From NCBI RefSeq assembly GCF_009914755.1, contig NC_060927.1: DNA of 64,000 nt, one strand, 5' to 3'. This DNA comes from the human T2T-CHM13v2.0 reference genome, Homo sapiens. The position numbers were made by a program, and so were the translations under genes. This document shows positions 15,366 through 26,700 of the stretch, piece by piece (positions within the stretch are counted from its first letter, which is position 1; each line of letters begins with the position of its first letter). The notes under the pieces were generated by a model. That model made no database searches and was not told the DNA's origin. It saw only the letters and a program-made list of their open reading frames with translations.

Positions 15366-16526
15366 CTGTGGGGAGGTATTCAAAGGTTTCCTAAAACATC
15401 AGGGAAGTTCGCCAGGGAAAGACTCGTTGGTAAGCATGTTCTAGGGAGAGCTAGTGGTAGACAGGCCCAGGCCACAGCAGGCCTTGTAGATGGGCCAGGG
15501 CTGCTTACCTGTGCACTAGGGGTGGTACTTGGCCCTGCCCTGGCCCCTGTGTGGGCTTATCCTCTGCTGAGACCATTGTGGTTCTCTGGTGCCAGAGGCA
15601 CCCAGAGGTCTGTGATCTGCCTGCTTTGAGGCGGGAAGGGTTGTTCCAGTTCTGCTTTCCCAAGCGGTGGCTGTGGGCAACCCTTATGATCCAGGACGCA
15701 TGGTCATCTTAACGAGCAGCTGGCTTTACACCCAGGGCGAGCAGAGGTCTTAAATTATGCCCGTTGTCCTGGAGTAATTTAGAGCAGCCTCTTTTGTATT
15801 CAGGCATCCTGGTTTGCATGGTAAGGTATGAATACAGTTGCCTTTAAACAGCACGATGAAGTGGGCGGGTTATTGTTCTCATTTCACCAAGGAGGATAAT
15901 GAACCTTAGCGATCTCGAGTGACTTTCCCGGCCCCATCCCCTTTGAGGGGCAGGGCTCGCTCTGCTTCCCTGTCTGGGCACCACCCTCCTCTCTGCACCT
16001 CAGTCCACGCCGGGATGTCCTTTCTGACCTCACTGCAGTGGCACTTCCCCCTCAACCGGGGGTGCCCAGAACGAATGGGTGTATTTGGGTGAAGCCAGTA
16101 TGACTGTTTCTACCCATTTTGGTTCTTCCCCAGGCCCTACCCGAATTTCCCACCCACTGCTTCCTGCCAAAGGACCCAAATCCGAGGATCCCGCCCCAAA
16201 TCTGGGAATTGTCATTCTCCCACCACAGTCAGAAAACAGCCTGTGATCTTCTCTCCCTGCCCCATCCCAGAGCCTCTGACCTCCTTCCTTTCCATGCTTC
16301 TCTGGCTGGGAAACTTCCTTTCCTCTTCCCCCACCAGGCTGCAAGTGAATAAGAGGCCTGGGCTTAGACGATTTCCCCAAGTCCCTGCATCGTGTCGTCA
16401 AGGGGTCCTGCCCGCTTCACACGGCGCCCCTGAGACCCACTGTTGAACCTGGCACAGGGGGTCACAACAAGTGTTTGCTGCATGAGTGTTTTAAGTCCCT
16501 GGGGCGGACGCAGGTAGGGTGTTTGA

Positions 16527-16724
<198 letters not shown>

Positions 16725-16727
16725 TGA

Positions 16728-17481
<754 letters not shown>

Positions 17482-20235
17482 GTAGGGAGTGCAGGGCTGG
17501 GCCCCGCCCTGGGATCGCTTGAAGGGCACAGGTCGGAGGGACCTGTGGACAGATCTGTTTGGCCTCCAAGATTCCCTTGGCCACATACAGGCTGGCGGTT
17601 GGGCCTGAACCCTGCAGTGTGAGGGGAGGACAGGCCTGCCTCCGTCTTCCTAGTGCCTTTCCCTGCCCAGCTTCCCTCCACCACCCTTTCCCACTGGGCT
17701 GCAGCCCTGGCTGTGTGGTTGGGCCAGGCTGCCTTTATGGAGGGGTAGGGAGTGGCCTGGCCTCGGTGGCAGCAGAGTTCTGGACTCCCGTGCTTCCTCC
17801 TCTGCTCCTCCCCGCTTCTCTCCCTGCTTCTTCCTGGCACAGGGACTCAGCCATCCACCTGGGTGCGTTTCAGTAGCTGAAGCAGCCCAGCCTGCCCTCT
17901 TGCAGCTTTCCATCCTTCCTGCTGAGCCCACCACCCCCTCCCAGGCCTGCCTCCAGCCTCTGGTCCTCTCTTCCCATCTCCCCTTGGGAGGACCCTCTCT
18001 ATACCTAACCCTCCTCCCACAGCCTCTCGGGAGTCCCTGTCTTCCACCTGAGCCCCCGCAGTTCTAGCGCCTGCCCTGAGGCCCCACCACTGCTGGCCCT
18101 GCCTTGTGCTGGCTGATCCCCAGGGTGTCTGAGCAACTGGCTGGGGCAGGGCAGGTTTCAGGTACCTTTGAGGCAGGGGCAGTGTTGAGGACCAGGAAGA
18201 AGAGTGAAGTGGAGGAAATCCCCTGTGCTCGCAGCTCCTGACTCAGGCCAGGCAAGGATGGGGCTAGGGCTGCTTCCCAGGGAGCCTCTTCCACCTGCAC
18301 TGCAGCTTTTGGAGTCTGCGGCCTTCGGTGCAATCCTGTGCCTCTTGGGGGTGGGTGGAGGAGACCTGGGGGGCTGTGTGGAGTGTGACCTGCACCGCTG
18401 TGGCCCCGACACCCCGAGCCTTCCCAGGCCCGGCTCCCTCACCCTTGGGCCCAGGGTCTGGGAATAGGAATGACATACTGAGACTGCAGGGCCTGTGGTT
18501 AGGGGTGTTATGCTGGGGAAGAATGCAGAAGGTTCTAGAAAGAGAGGCCTGGGGACAGGAGGCAAACAGTCTGCAGGTTTGGAGCTGAGGGGCCAGGGAT
18601 GGGATTGCAAGCGTGGCGCTCCGGGGAGCATTCTGGAAATAGGAAGATTAAGGGTGGGGGGGTCCCCTGGAAGTACCTGGCAGGGCCTCCAGCCCGAAGT
18701 CCAGCCTCATGACCGTGTCCACCTCCACGAGCTGGAAAGCCGTGGGCCTGGCCCCTCTTGTGCTGCTGCCGGAGCCCCAGATCTTTACCACCTGCTTCCC
18801 TTGCTCTCAGCAGGAGCCTGTGTGCCTGCCAGTGTCCCCAGGGGTGACTCAGAGTGGCCTGTGTTTGGGGCGTGTGTCTCTGGAGCTGGTGTTTTAGGTC
18901 ACCGCCCGGGCAAGGCGGGCAGTGGGAGGGGCCGGGAGCGGCTGCTCCTGGGCGGGTTGTGGGTGTGCCCTGCCCCGCCCTTCCGTCGAAGGCCCCCGTT
19001 GGCCCCAGCCGCTGGTTCCCTGTGGCTGCTGCTGGTGGGGCTCTGGGGGCTCCTTCCCCCTGGGCCACCAGCCCTGGCTTGGAACCACAGCACCTGCCCT
19101 CCGTGCCTGGAGCTGCTCAGGAGGTGGGAGGTGAGGGGCAGGAGGCCACAACAGCCGGTGAGGCTTGGGAGCGGGCCTGGGTGTCGGTGGTGGCAGAGCT
19201 TGACTCTGCCCCCTTGTTTCTTCAGTCCCTGAATATCTCCATGTTTGTTTGGCTGCCTCCGTCTCCATGTCTCCAGGCGGATGGCTCTGTGTGAGTCTTT
19301 GGGCCTGGGTGTGCATCTGTGGGTCTGTGTTTGGAGTTCCCTCCTAGCCTGGCCTTCTCTTCGCCGTGGCTTCCCACTTGCGAAGCTGTGTCCAGTATTT
19401 GTTTCCTGGTGCGGAGTCTGGGAGGCCACCTGCCGCAGCTCTGACTGAGTCTAGGCTCAGTCCTTCTCAGGGTACCAGGCTGTGGGCAGAGGGGAGACAC
19501 CTAGATGTTTCGTGCTGTGTCTAGATTTGGAGACACAAATGATGACTGGTCTTTCCCAGGGGCTCGTTTGGAGGAAGGGGTGGCTGGCAGCACTTTTGTT
19601 CCGCATACAGAGCGGGTGTTGGAATCCATTGCGGGTCCTTGGCCTGGTCTGGCCCTGGAGCCTCGGCTTCCTGTGGTGGGTGGGAGCCAGGCATCCGGGT
19701 TATCCCTCCAGGCCTGGGCGCCTGGGACCCCTAGGGAGAAGAGCGGGCGGGCGTTTTGAACAGAATGTCCGGCATTAGTTGAGCCATTTCTGGACTACCT
19801 TCGGCCCGGACGGGAACATGGTGCTGAGATTTCCAGAGCTGGGGCAGCCTTAGGCAGTTCTCAGCACCGGCCTCTGTTTTCCATCTTGTCTACCCCAGAG
19901 ATGTTGACCAGAGGCCCGGGGGCAGCAGGAGGTAGAAGGTTCATGCGGAGGTGTTGGGCCCTTTTCCTGCTCCCCCAGGAAGTCCTCATCCGCCCCTGCT
20001 TCAGTCACGGCCGGGTAGCAGCCCTGGCCCTCCCATGGCCACGGGGACTCCGGCCTGTTCATGGCGGGAGAGAGGGCGCGGACAGGGCGGGCCTGGAAGG
20101 AAGGGCTGGCCTCAGTCCCCTCTGGACTGCTGGTGCCTCGGCCACACTGAGCCTCACACGGGTGCGTGTGGGCTGCGAGAAGTGACACGGTCCTCTTGGA
20201 AGTCCCACTGGAGCCTTGGGATGAAGCTGCCTTGG

Positions 20236-20897
20236 AGTGTGCGTGGGCGCCATCCCGAGGGGGAGCTTCCTGTGCCTCCGAGCGTGCGTGGGCGCCATCC
20301 CGAGGGGGAGTTTACTGTGCCTCCGAGCGTGCGTGGGCGCCATCCCGAGGGGGAGCTTCCTGTGCCTCGGAGCGTGCGTGGGCGCCATCCCGAGGGGGAG
20401 CTTCTTGTGCCTCGGAGCGTGCGTGGGCGCCATCCCGAGGGGGAGTTTCTTGTGCCTCGGAGCGTGCGTGGGCGCCATCCCGAGGGGAGCTTCTTGTGCC
20501 TCGGAGCGTGCGTGGGCGCCATCCCGAGGGGGAGTTTCTTGTGCCTCGGAGCGTGCGTGGGCGCCATCCCGAGGGGAGCTTCTTGTGCCTCGGAGTGTGC
20601 GTGGGCGCCATCCCGAGGGGAGCTTCTTGTGCCTCGGAGCGTGCGTGGGCGCCATCCCGAGGGGGAGTTTCTTGTGCCTCGGAGCGTGCGTGGGCGCCAT
20701 CCCGAGGGGAGCTTCTTGTGCCTCGGAGCGTGCGTGGGCGCCATCCCGAGGGGAGCTTCTTGTGCCTCGGAGCGTGCGTGGGCGCCATCCCGAGGGGGAG
20801 CTTCTTGTGCCTCGGAGCGTGCGTGGGCGCCATCCCGAGGGGGAGTTTCTTGTGCCTCGGAGTGTGCGTGGGCGCCATCCCGAGGGGAGCTTCTTGC
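20236..20897. repeat. 44/45-bp CpG-rich VNTR, 15 copies (intron 9)
   Basis: Unit GCGTGGGCGCCATCCCGAGGGG(G)AGCTTCTTGTGCCTCGGAGCGT; unit starts run from 20241 to 20866. Confidence 0.97.
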
Positions 20898-21821
20898 ACA
20901 CGTCCTCCGCACTCTTACTCTCCTTCCCCCAGGAGCAAGCATGTTTTCTCGAGTGGTGTCAGGACTCCCAGCAGCCATGGGGGCTCTTGCCTCGGCCATA
21001 CCTGCACTAAGGGAGGTGGGCTTGATGTCTCCTTTCCCTCTCAGAAGTGGGTCCCAAAGGAGGCTTCTGTGCCTGGAGCTGGGCAGTGTTGGCGGAAGGG
21101 AGAGGCCAGACGGAGTGACCTGCCTTGGGCACGAGTCACGCTGCTCTGAGCAAGGTCTCGGCCTCAGCGGCATTCTCACCCAGTTACTGAGCGCCTCTGA
21201 AGAGGTGTGGAGAGCAGAGTCCGGCGTCTGGCCCGCGGCAGCCACCGGGGAGCCCGTGGGTGTAGCGGGAGAGCCGCAGCCCAGCCGGTGCCGGGGTTCC
21301 TCCTCTACGGGCCGCCGTGGGAGGCTGTGTGCGTGCTGGGGAGCCGGGGCTCTGCTCCTTCGAGTGGCCCTGCTATTTTTCAGATGGGACTCGTCTCGTC
21401 TCGGGGTACTGTCCTCTCTCCTTCCTTCCCTCCCTGCAGGCAGGGTGGGAATCACAGGGTGGCTGTGTGTGGTGGGGCCAGGCCAGTGGCCCTGTGTATG
21501 AGGAGGCTGGGCAGGGGGAGCACAGCCCCGTCTCCCCGCGCCCCGCGCCCCCCGCCTCCCCGCCGACCGTGGTGCTCTCGGGTTTGACTTTGGTCTCTGG
21601 GATGGGCTGTTCCGGAGTCACCCCGCTCCAGCCAGGCCTCGTCACCTTACAAGGCTGTGGGTCTGGGTGCCCAGGCGTCGCCACCTCCTCCGTCCTCTCT
21701 CCCCGGCCTGGCTGGGTTTCAGAGGAGCCCTTCTTCACGCTTTGGCCCTGGGACAGGAGAAGTGGGGGTTGGTGGGGAGGGCGTGCAGTGTGGTGCCACA
21801 CGTGTCCACCCTAGCAGCTCT

Positions 21822-21978
21822 GGGCTGTCACCGCCCCCGCGTGCCCAGACTCTGCCCACGGGGCTGTCACCGCCCCCGCCTGCCCAGACACTGCCCACGG
21901 GGCTCTCACCGCCCCCGCCTGCCCAGACACTGCCCACGGGGCTCTCACCGCCCCCGCCTGCCCAGACTCTGCTCACGG
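21822..21978. repeat. 39-bp tandem repeat x4 (intron 9)
   Basis: GGGCT(G/C)TCACCGCCCCCGCCTGCCCAGAC(A/T)CTGCCCACG. Confidence 0.93.
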
Positions 21979-22907
21979 CATCACGTATGACAAGTCCAGC
22001 AGCAGACGCGGGAGCCTCACAACCTGTGAGAGCCTTCGGGAGTCAGGAGTGTCTTGCGGGAGCCCTGTGCTTCCTGGCCTGCCTGCCCCTGCCCCTGCCC
22101 CTGCCCCTGCCCAGGCCCCGGCTTAGGCCACATCAGCAGAGGTTTCGTGTCTGAGGTCAGAGGGGGACTGGCAGCCCTACTGTCTGGTCACTGTGGGAGA
22201 GCTGAGTTCCCTTTTGGACACAGGTAGAGCCCCTCCTGAGGAGACGGGGAGGCTCCCGCAGGCCTTCCGGGAGGTGGTGGAAAGCTCCGGAAGCAGGTGA
22301 AGCGGTGGAGGGAGGGACTGAGTTGCCCGAGTGCTCCTAGACTCTCCCGCGTCTGCATTCGGGAGGCAGGTTGTAGCTGGAGGCCTGGCCCCCAGCCTAG
22401 TGCAAGGCCCTAGGTGTCCCCCGGCACCCCCGCACCTCTCAGAACTCCTGGAACCCAGCCGAGGAGTGAAATCAAGTGGCCAGAAGAGGACTGGGGCCCC
22501 GGCCTTGCCAGGGAACTGAGGGGTGAGGAGGAGGTGTGGGCGGGGCGCTGGCCCCACAGACCTGAAAGCTGGCGTTGGGTCCCAGGTCTGCTGGGATCTT
22601 TCTGGTAACCGTGGACAGGTCATGTTGCCTGCTGCAGCAGCTTCCAGCGTGCCTCCTTATTTGCAAACCATAGGGAAAGCTGCCTGACCCACCTAGAGAG
22701 TTGTGGGTAAGGCCGTGTGCAAACAGGCCTGTACGGGGCATGGTGGGTCACGGGGGCTGTTGGGGAGGAGGGCCGGTGGCACACAGCCTGGTCCTGAGGC
22801 CTGAGCTCCATCCCCCTTCTGCCACAGTGGCCAGGGTGTGAGGAGGGTCCCAGTGCCGGGGCTGCCCCGCCACGCCTGGCGTTCACCGTGCCATCTCTGT
22901 CGCGCAG

Positions 22908-23102
22908 GGCCGAGAACTACTGGTGGCGTGGCCAGAACACACGGACGCTGTGTGTGGGGCCCTTCCCTCGCAACGTGGTGACCTCCGTGGCCGGCCTGTC
23001 GGCCCAGGACATCAGCCAGCCCCTGCAGAACAGCTTCATCCACACAGGGCATGGCGACAGTGACCCCCGCCACTGCTGGGGCTTCCCGGACAGGATTGAC
23101 GA
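22908..23102 (+). CDS. TNK2: TNK2 exon 10 (SH3 C-half, CRIB/Cdc42-binding motif)
   Basis: gcgcag|G...GA|gtgagt; 195 nt; AENYWWRGQ...GPFP...[15 protein letters not shown]. Confidence 0.97.
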
Positions 23103-23299
23103 GTGAGTACTGGGCGGGGATGGATGCTGACCTGGCCCCGCTCGGGACTCCAGGGCCCTCAGCACGGCACGCGTGGGCGGAATCTGCTCTTCACCCTTTC
23201 GCCCGGGCTTCAGCCCCCGACCCGCCACTCTCCCCTCCTCACCCTGGCCTTACTCTCGGGAAGCTGTGGAACCCTAGGAAGCCCAGCCTGGTGGGGGTT

Positions 23300-23520
23300 C
23301 CCCGAGGGGAATGTTCTCCAGGGGAGTGTTCTCCAGGGGAGGGTTCTCCAGGGGAGGGTTCTCCAGGGGAATGTTCTCCAGGGGAATGTTCTCCAGGGGA
23401 GGGTTCTCCAGGGGAGGGTTCTCCGGGGAGGGTTCTCCAGGGGAGGGTTCTCCAGGGGAATGTTCTCCAGGGGAGGGTTCTCCAGGGGAGGGTTCTCCGG
23501 GGAGCGTTCTCCAGGGGAAT
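23300..23520. repeat. 15-bp VNTR, ~14-15 copies (intron 10)
   Basis: GGGGAGGGTTCTCCA / GGGGAATGTTCTCCA. Confidence 0.95.
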
Positions 23521-24353
23521 GCTGTCCCTGCCATTTTCAAGCTTTGGGGGGCCGATCTCCTAACTCTGAGACACTTCATCTGTGAAACAGGTTCACCCCC
23601 CCAATAAGGGGAAGGCTGTAAATGCACTCTGAATTAGCACTTGCTGCTCAGATGCAGGGGTCCTGAGAGAAGCTTTCCCACTCACTGTAGATGAAAGTAG
23701 GGTCAGGAGCTTCTGAGGATGGACTCCTGTTTGGTGGAAAGGTCCCCGGAGCCACAGCTGTAACCCCTCTTGGTACTCGGGCCTTAGGAAAATGAACTTG
23801 GGAGGAACCCGGTGGGAGCTGCTGAGGAGGAGAGCTTCTCCCATGACCCCCCTGTGGCCCCCTGTGACCCTGTGACCCTGTGACCCCTGCACACGAGCAG
23901 TGGTTTTCCTTCTCCTGCTGGTGGTGCCAGAGTCCTGGAGACGTGAACCTGCTGGCTCAGGCCCTGGGGATGTATGCAGGTCCACATGGGAGTGAGCCTG
24001 CTTTCCAGAACCAGAGTGGGACTGGGGACCTTGGGGACTGCAGAGGGAACGTTAGGTGGCAGCTCCGCCTCCCCACCACACAGTACTCTACGGAGCTCAC
24101 TCCATACCTGGGAGAGGCCCTGTCTCCTATGTAAGAGGATAAGGCCACCGAGGGGCATCTGGGAAGGACACGCAGAATCAGTCACTTCCGGGATGCCACC
24201 CCCCACCCCCCGAAGCTTCTTGCGCCAGGCCTCCAAGCCTCTCTGCTGGCCGCAGGGGGATTCCAGGCCCCTGGCCTCTGCAGCCCTTCTCCTGCTGACT
24301 TCTGATACTCTGGTCTGCCCTGAGAGGCGTGGAAAGCAGGGGCCTTCACCCAC

Positions 24354-24522
24354 CGGGCCCCACACACCAGAACCCCACACAGCGGGCCCCCACACACCAG
24401 AACCCACACAGCGGGCCCCCACACACCAGAACCCCACACAGCGAGTCCCCACACACCAGAACCCACACAGCGGGCCCCCACACACCAGAACCCACACAGC
24501 GGGCCCACACACACTGGAACCC
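24354..24522. repeat. ~30-bp VNTR, ~5-6 copies (intron 10)
   Basis: CCCCACACACCAGAACCC(C)ACACAGCGGG. Confidence 0.92.
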
Positions 24523-25003
24523 CAAGCTCACAGGGCTCAGCCCATGTGTTTTGCCTAAAAAGAACCCAGCAAGGGCCTGAGAGTTGGGGTGAAAGACTGC
24601 AGACACCTCCAGGAGAGGCTGGTGCCCTCTGCCCCACTCCTGGCATGCTGTGGCCAGCCCAGCCCCATTCCTCCAGGCTTTAATCAGCCCCAGTGACTAA
24701 GTCTCAGATACTGACAGTTGGTGCAGGGATGGAGGGTGGATCCGGAGCAGGACAGGTGGCCCAGCCTCTCCCGCACCTCCTGGCCATGTGGCAGAAGGGT
24801 GCCTCCTGCCCACCCTGGCTGGGCACCATAGCTGGGATGCCCCGTTCTTAGGCCCTCCATCGTGGCCTGCGGGACAGGAGTGTCTGCCCTCTGGCCGCTG
24901 CCTGGTGTGGGCTGGGGGCCTGGGGGGTTGTGGAGGACCACCTCTGCCCTTGTAGGGTGTAGTTGGAGTCCCTGAGGTCCTAGGCTTTCCGTCCTGGGGT
25001 CAG

Positions 25004-25139
25004 GTGTCCTTTCTCTGCCTTCTCTCCAGGACACCCCCCAGCTGAGACGTGCGGTCAGGTTCTGTGGACTGGGAGGCGGGAGGCCTGTGCTTCAGACCCA
25101 AGACTACACCCGGTTTCCTCCAGGACGAAGGGGCTCTGA
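25004..25139 (+). CDS. TNK2: Alternative upstream acceptor for exon 11 giving a truncated 528-aa ACK1 C-terminus
   Basis: ggtcag|G TGT CCT... reads CPFSAFSPGHPPAETCGQVLWTGRREACASDPRLHPVSSRTKGL-stop in frame after exon 10. It matches a short ACK1 isoform tail as I remember it. Confidence 0.65.
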
Positions 25140-25202
25140 TGAGATTCTGCCACCCCTCCACACGCTTCCCCTGCTCTCTTGACCCAGCTCTCTCCCCCAC
25201 AG

Positions 25203-25294
25203 ACTGTATCTGGGAAACCCCATGGACCCCCCCGACCTCCTGAGCGTGGAACTGAGCACCTCCCGGCCCCCCCAGCATCTAGGAGGGGTGAAAA
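25203..25294 (+). CDS. TNK2: TNK2 exon 11
   Basis: ccacag|A...AAAA|gtaaga; 92 nt; [30 protein letters not shown]. Confidence 0.95.
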
Positions 25295-25868
25295 GTAAGA
25301 GCCCCTCTGCTCCCTGGTGTCCCTAACTCATCGGCTACTCAGGAAGGGGCACTGTCTTCACAGGCCACCCTGAGGCTGCTGTTCTGTTTTTGGGGACAGT
25401 GGGGTCAGGGCAGCAGGCGGGACAGCTGTGTCCCTGGCTCCGGCTGGGCGTGGGGTGGAAGACAGGCAGCTGTATCCGCCGAGGTGGGCCTCCTCGGGCT
25501 GGGTCTGCAGCAGGCCCGTCCGCCCCGGCGTCCCTCCTCCCTCCTTCCACGGCCGAGCTCAGATCCTGGCTTTCCTCACTTCCCCCTAATCCTGCTCTCC
25601 TGTCCCAAGCCAAAACCACCCCACGGCTCCGGCTCTGCCTGGAGCCTCCTCCATCTCCCGGTCCTCTGCCTATCATACTGGACCGCCGTGTTCCTCATCC
25701 TGCCGCCTGCGGCCTCCCGTTTGCTGGGGGCTTGTACATTCACTCGCCCCCATTCACTTCTCTCCCTTCGTCTCTCTCTACACTCTGCCCTCTCGTCCGG
25801 CCGTCTCCCTCCTTTGTCCTCTGTCCTGCTCCGTCTCTCTCCCCCTGTCCGCATGGCCTTTCTTGCAG

Positions 25869-25913
25869 GGGAGCCTCCACCTCGCCCACCTCAGCCTGCC
25901 TTCTTCACTCAGA
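25869..25913 (+). CDS. TNK2: TNK2 45-nt cassette exon 12 (REPPPRPPQPAFFTQ)
   Basis: Long pyrimidine tract, ttgcag|GG...CAGA|gtaagt; phase 1/1 and frame-preserving. Confidence 0.9.
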
Positions 25914-26700
25914 GTAAGTGGGGCTGCTTCCGATGCCTTGGCCCCCGCCCCCGCCCCCTCTCTCTCACTCCTCTCCTGGAAGGTACAGAGCCTGGGCGGC
26001 TGGGCCGGAGGGGAGGTGGGTGGGTGTGTGCTGTGAGCTTCCGCGGCTGCCCTGGCCTAGCATGCCTGCCCCCCCTCGAGCCCGCCCCCCGGAGCCTGGG
26101 CTTCTGCTCACGAGTGTGGCCCTGGCTTCCGCCTCGGCCTCACTCCCTCCCAGACCTGTCTGAGCTTCTGGAGCACGAGTGTGGCCCTGGCTTCTGCCTT
26201 GGCCTCGCTGCCTCCCAGACCTGCAGGCGCTGTCTGGGCTTTGTGGCCGTTGGTCAGGAGTACTGTCCTCTCCAAGGATAGTCCTTATAGCCCCTGATGG
26301 CAGGAGGCGGCTCCGTGCCTGCACTAATGGTGTGCCGTGACAGGGGCGGGGATGAGGGCTCACTAACTCGCCAGGGCGCAGGAGCAGGGCCGCCGGGGTC
26401 TTGTGCTGGTGGAGGCAGCGTCAGGCAGGAGCCAGTGTTGCTTGCTGCAGCTTAGACGGAGCGAGGCGGGGCTCACCGGCCCACATGGGGCTGCCGGGCA
26501 GAGCAGGTTCCGCCCTCCTGATGGAGTGGTCGGAGGTGCGCTGAGAACCTGGCCGCCGGTGGCTGACCTCAGACCTCGGGGGGAGTTGGGAGTGGAGGGT
26601 TGCTGGGGGACACTTGGCTTTCTCTCCCACGTGCCACCTCCCCTCGTGCCCCAGACCCTGCCTGACTGCCTTCCTGTTGGGCTCTCCCTTTCCATCACAG

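Noticed and set aside
19951-21501. 516-aa and 433-aa ORFs and overlapping frames in intron 9
   Set aside because: Created by the stop-free 44/45-bp VNTR. They are open on both strands, shift frame with unit length and have no domain content.
26403-26700. 99-codon in-frame extension upstream of exon 13
   Set aside because: GTG start and a strong canonical acceptor at 26700. The AGs just after the CACTAAC at 26361 are out of phase with exon 13, so it is likely an open frame by chance.
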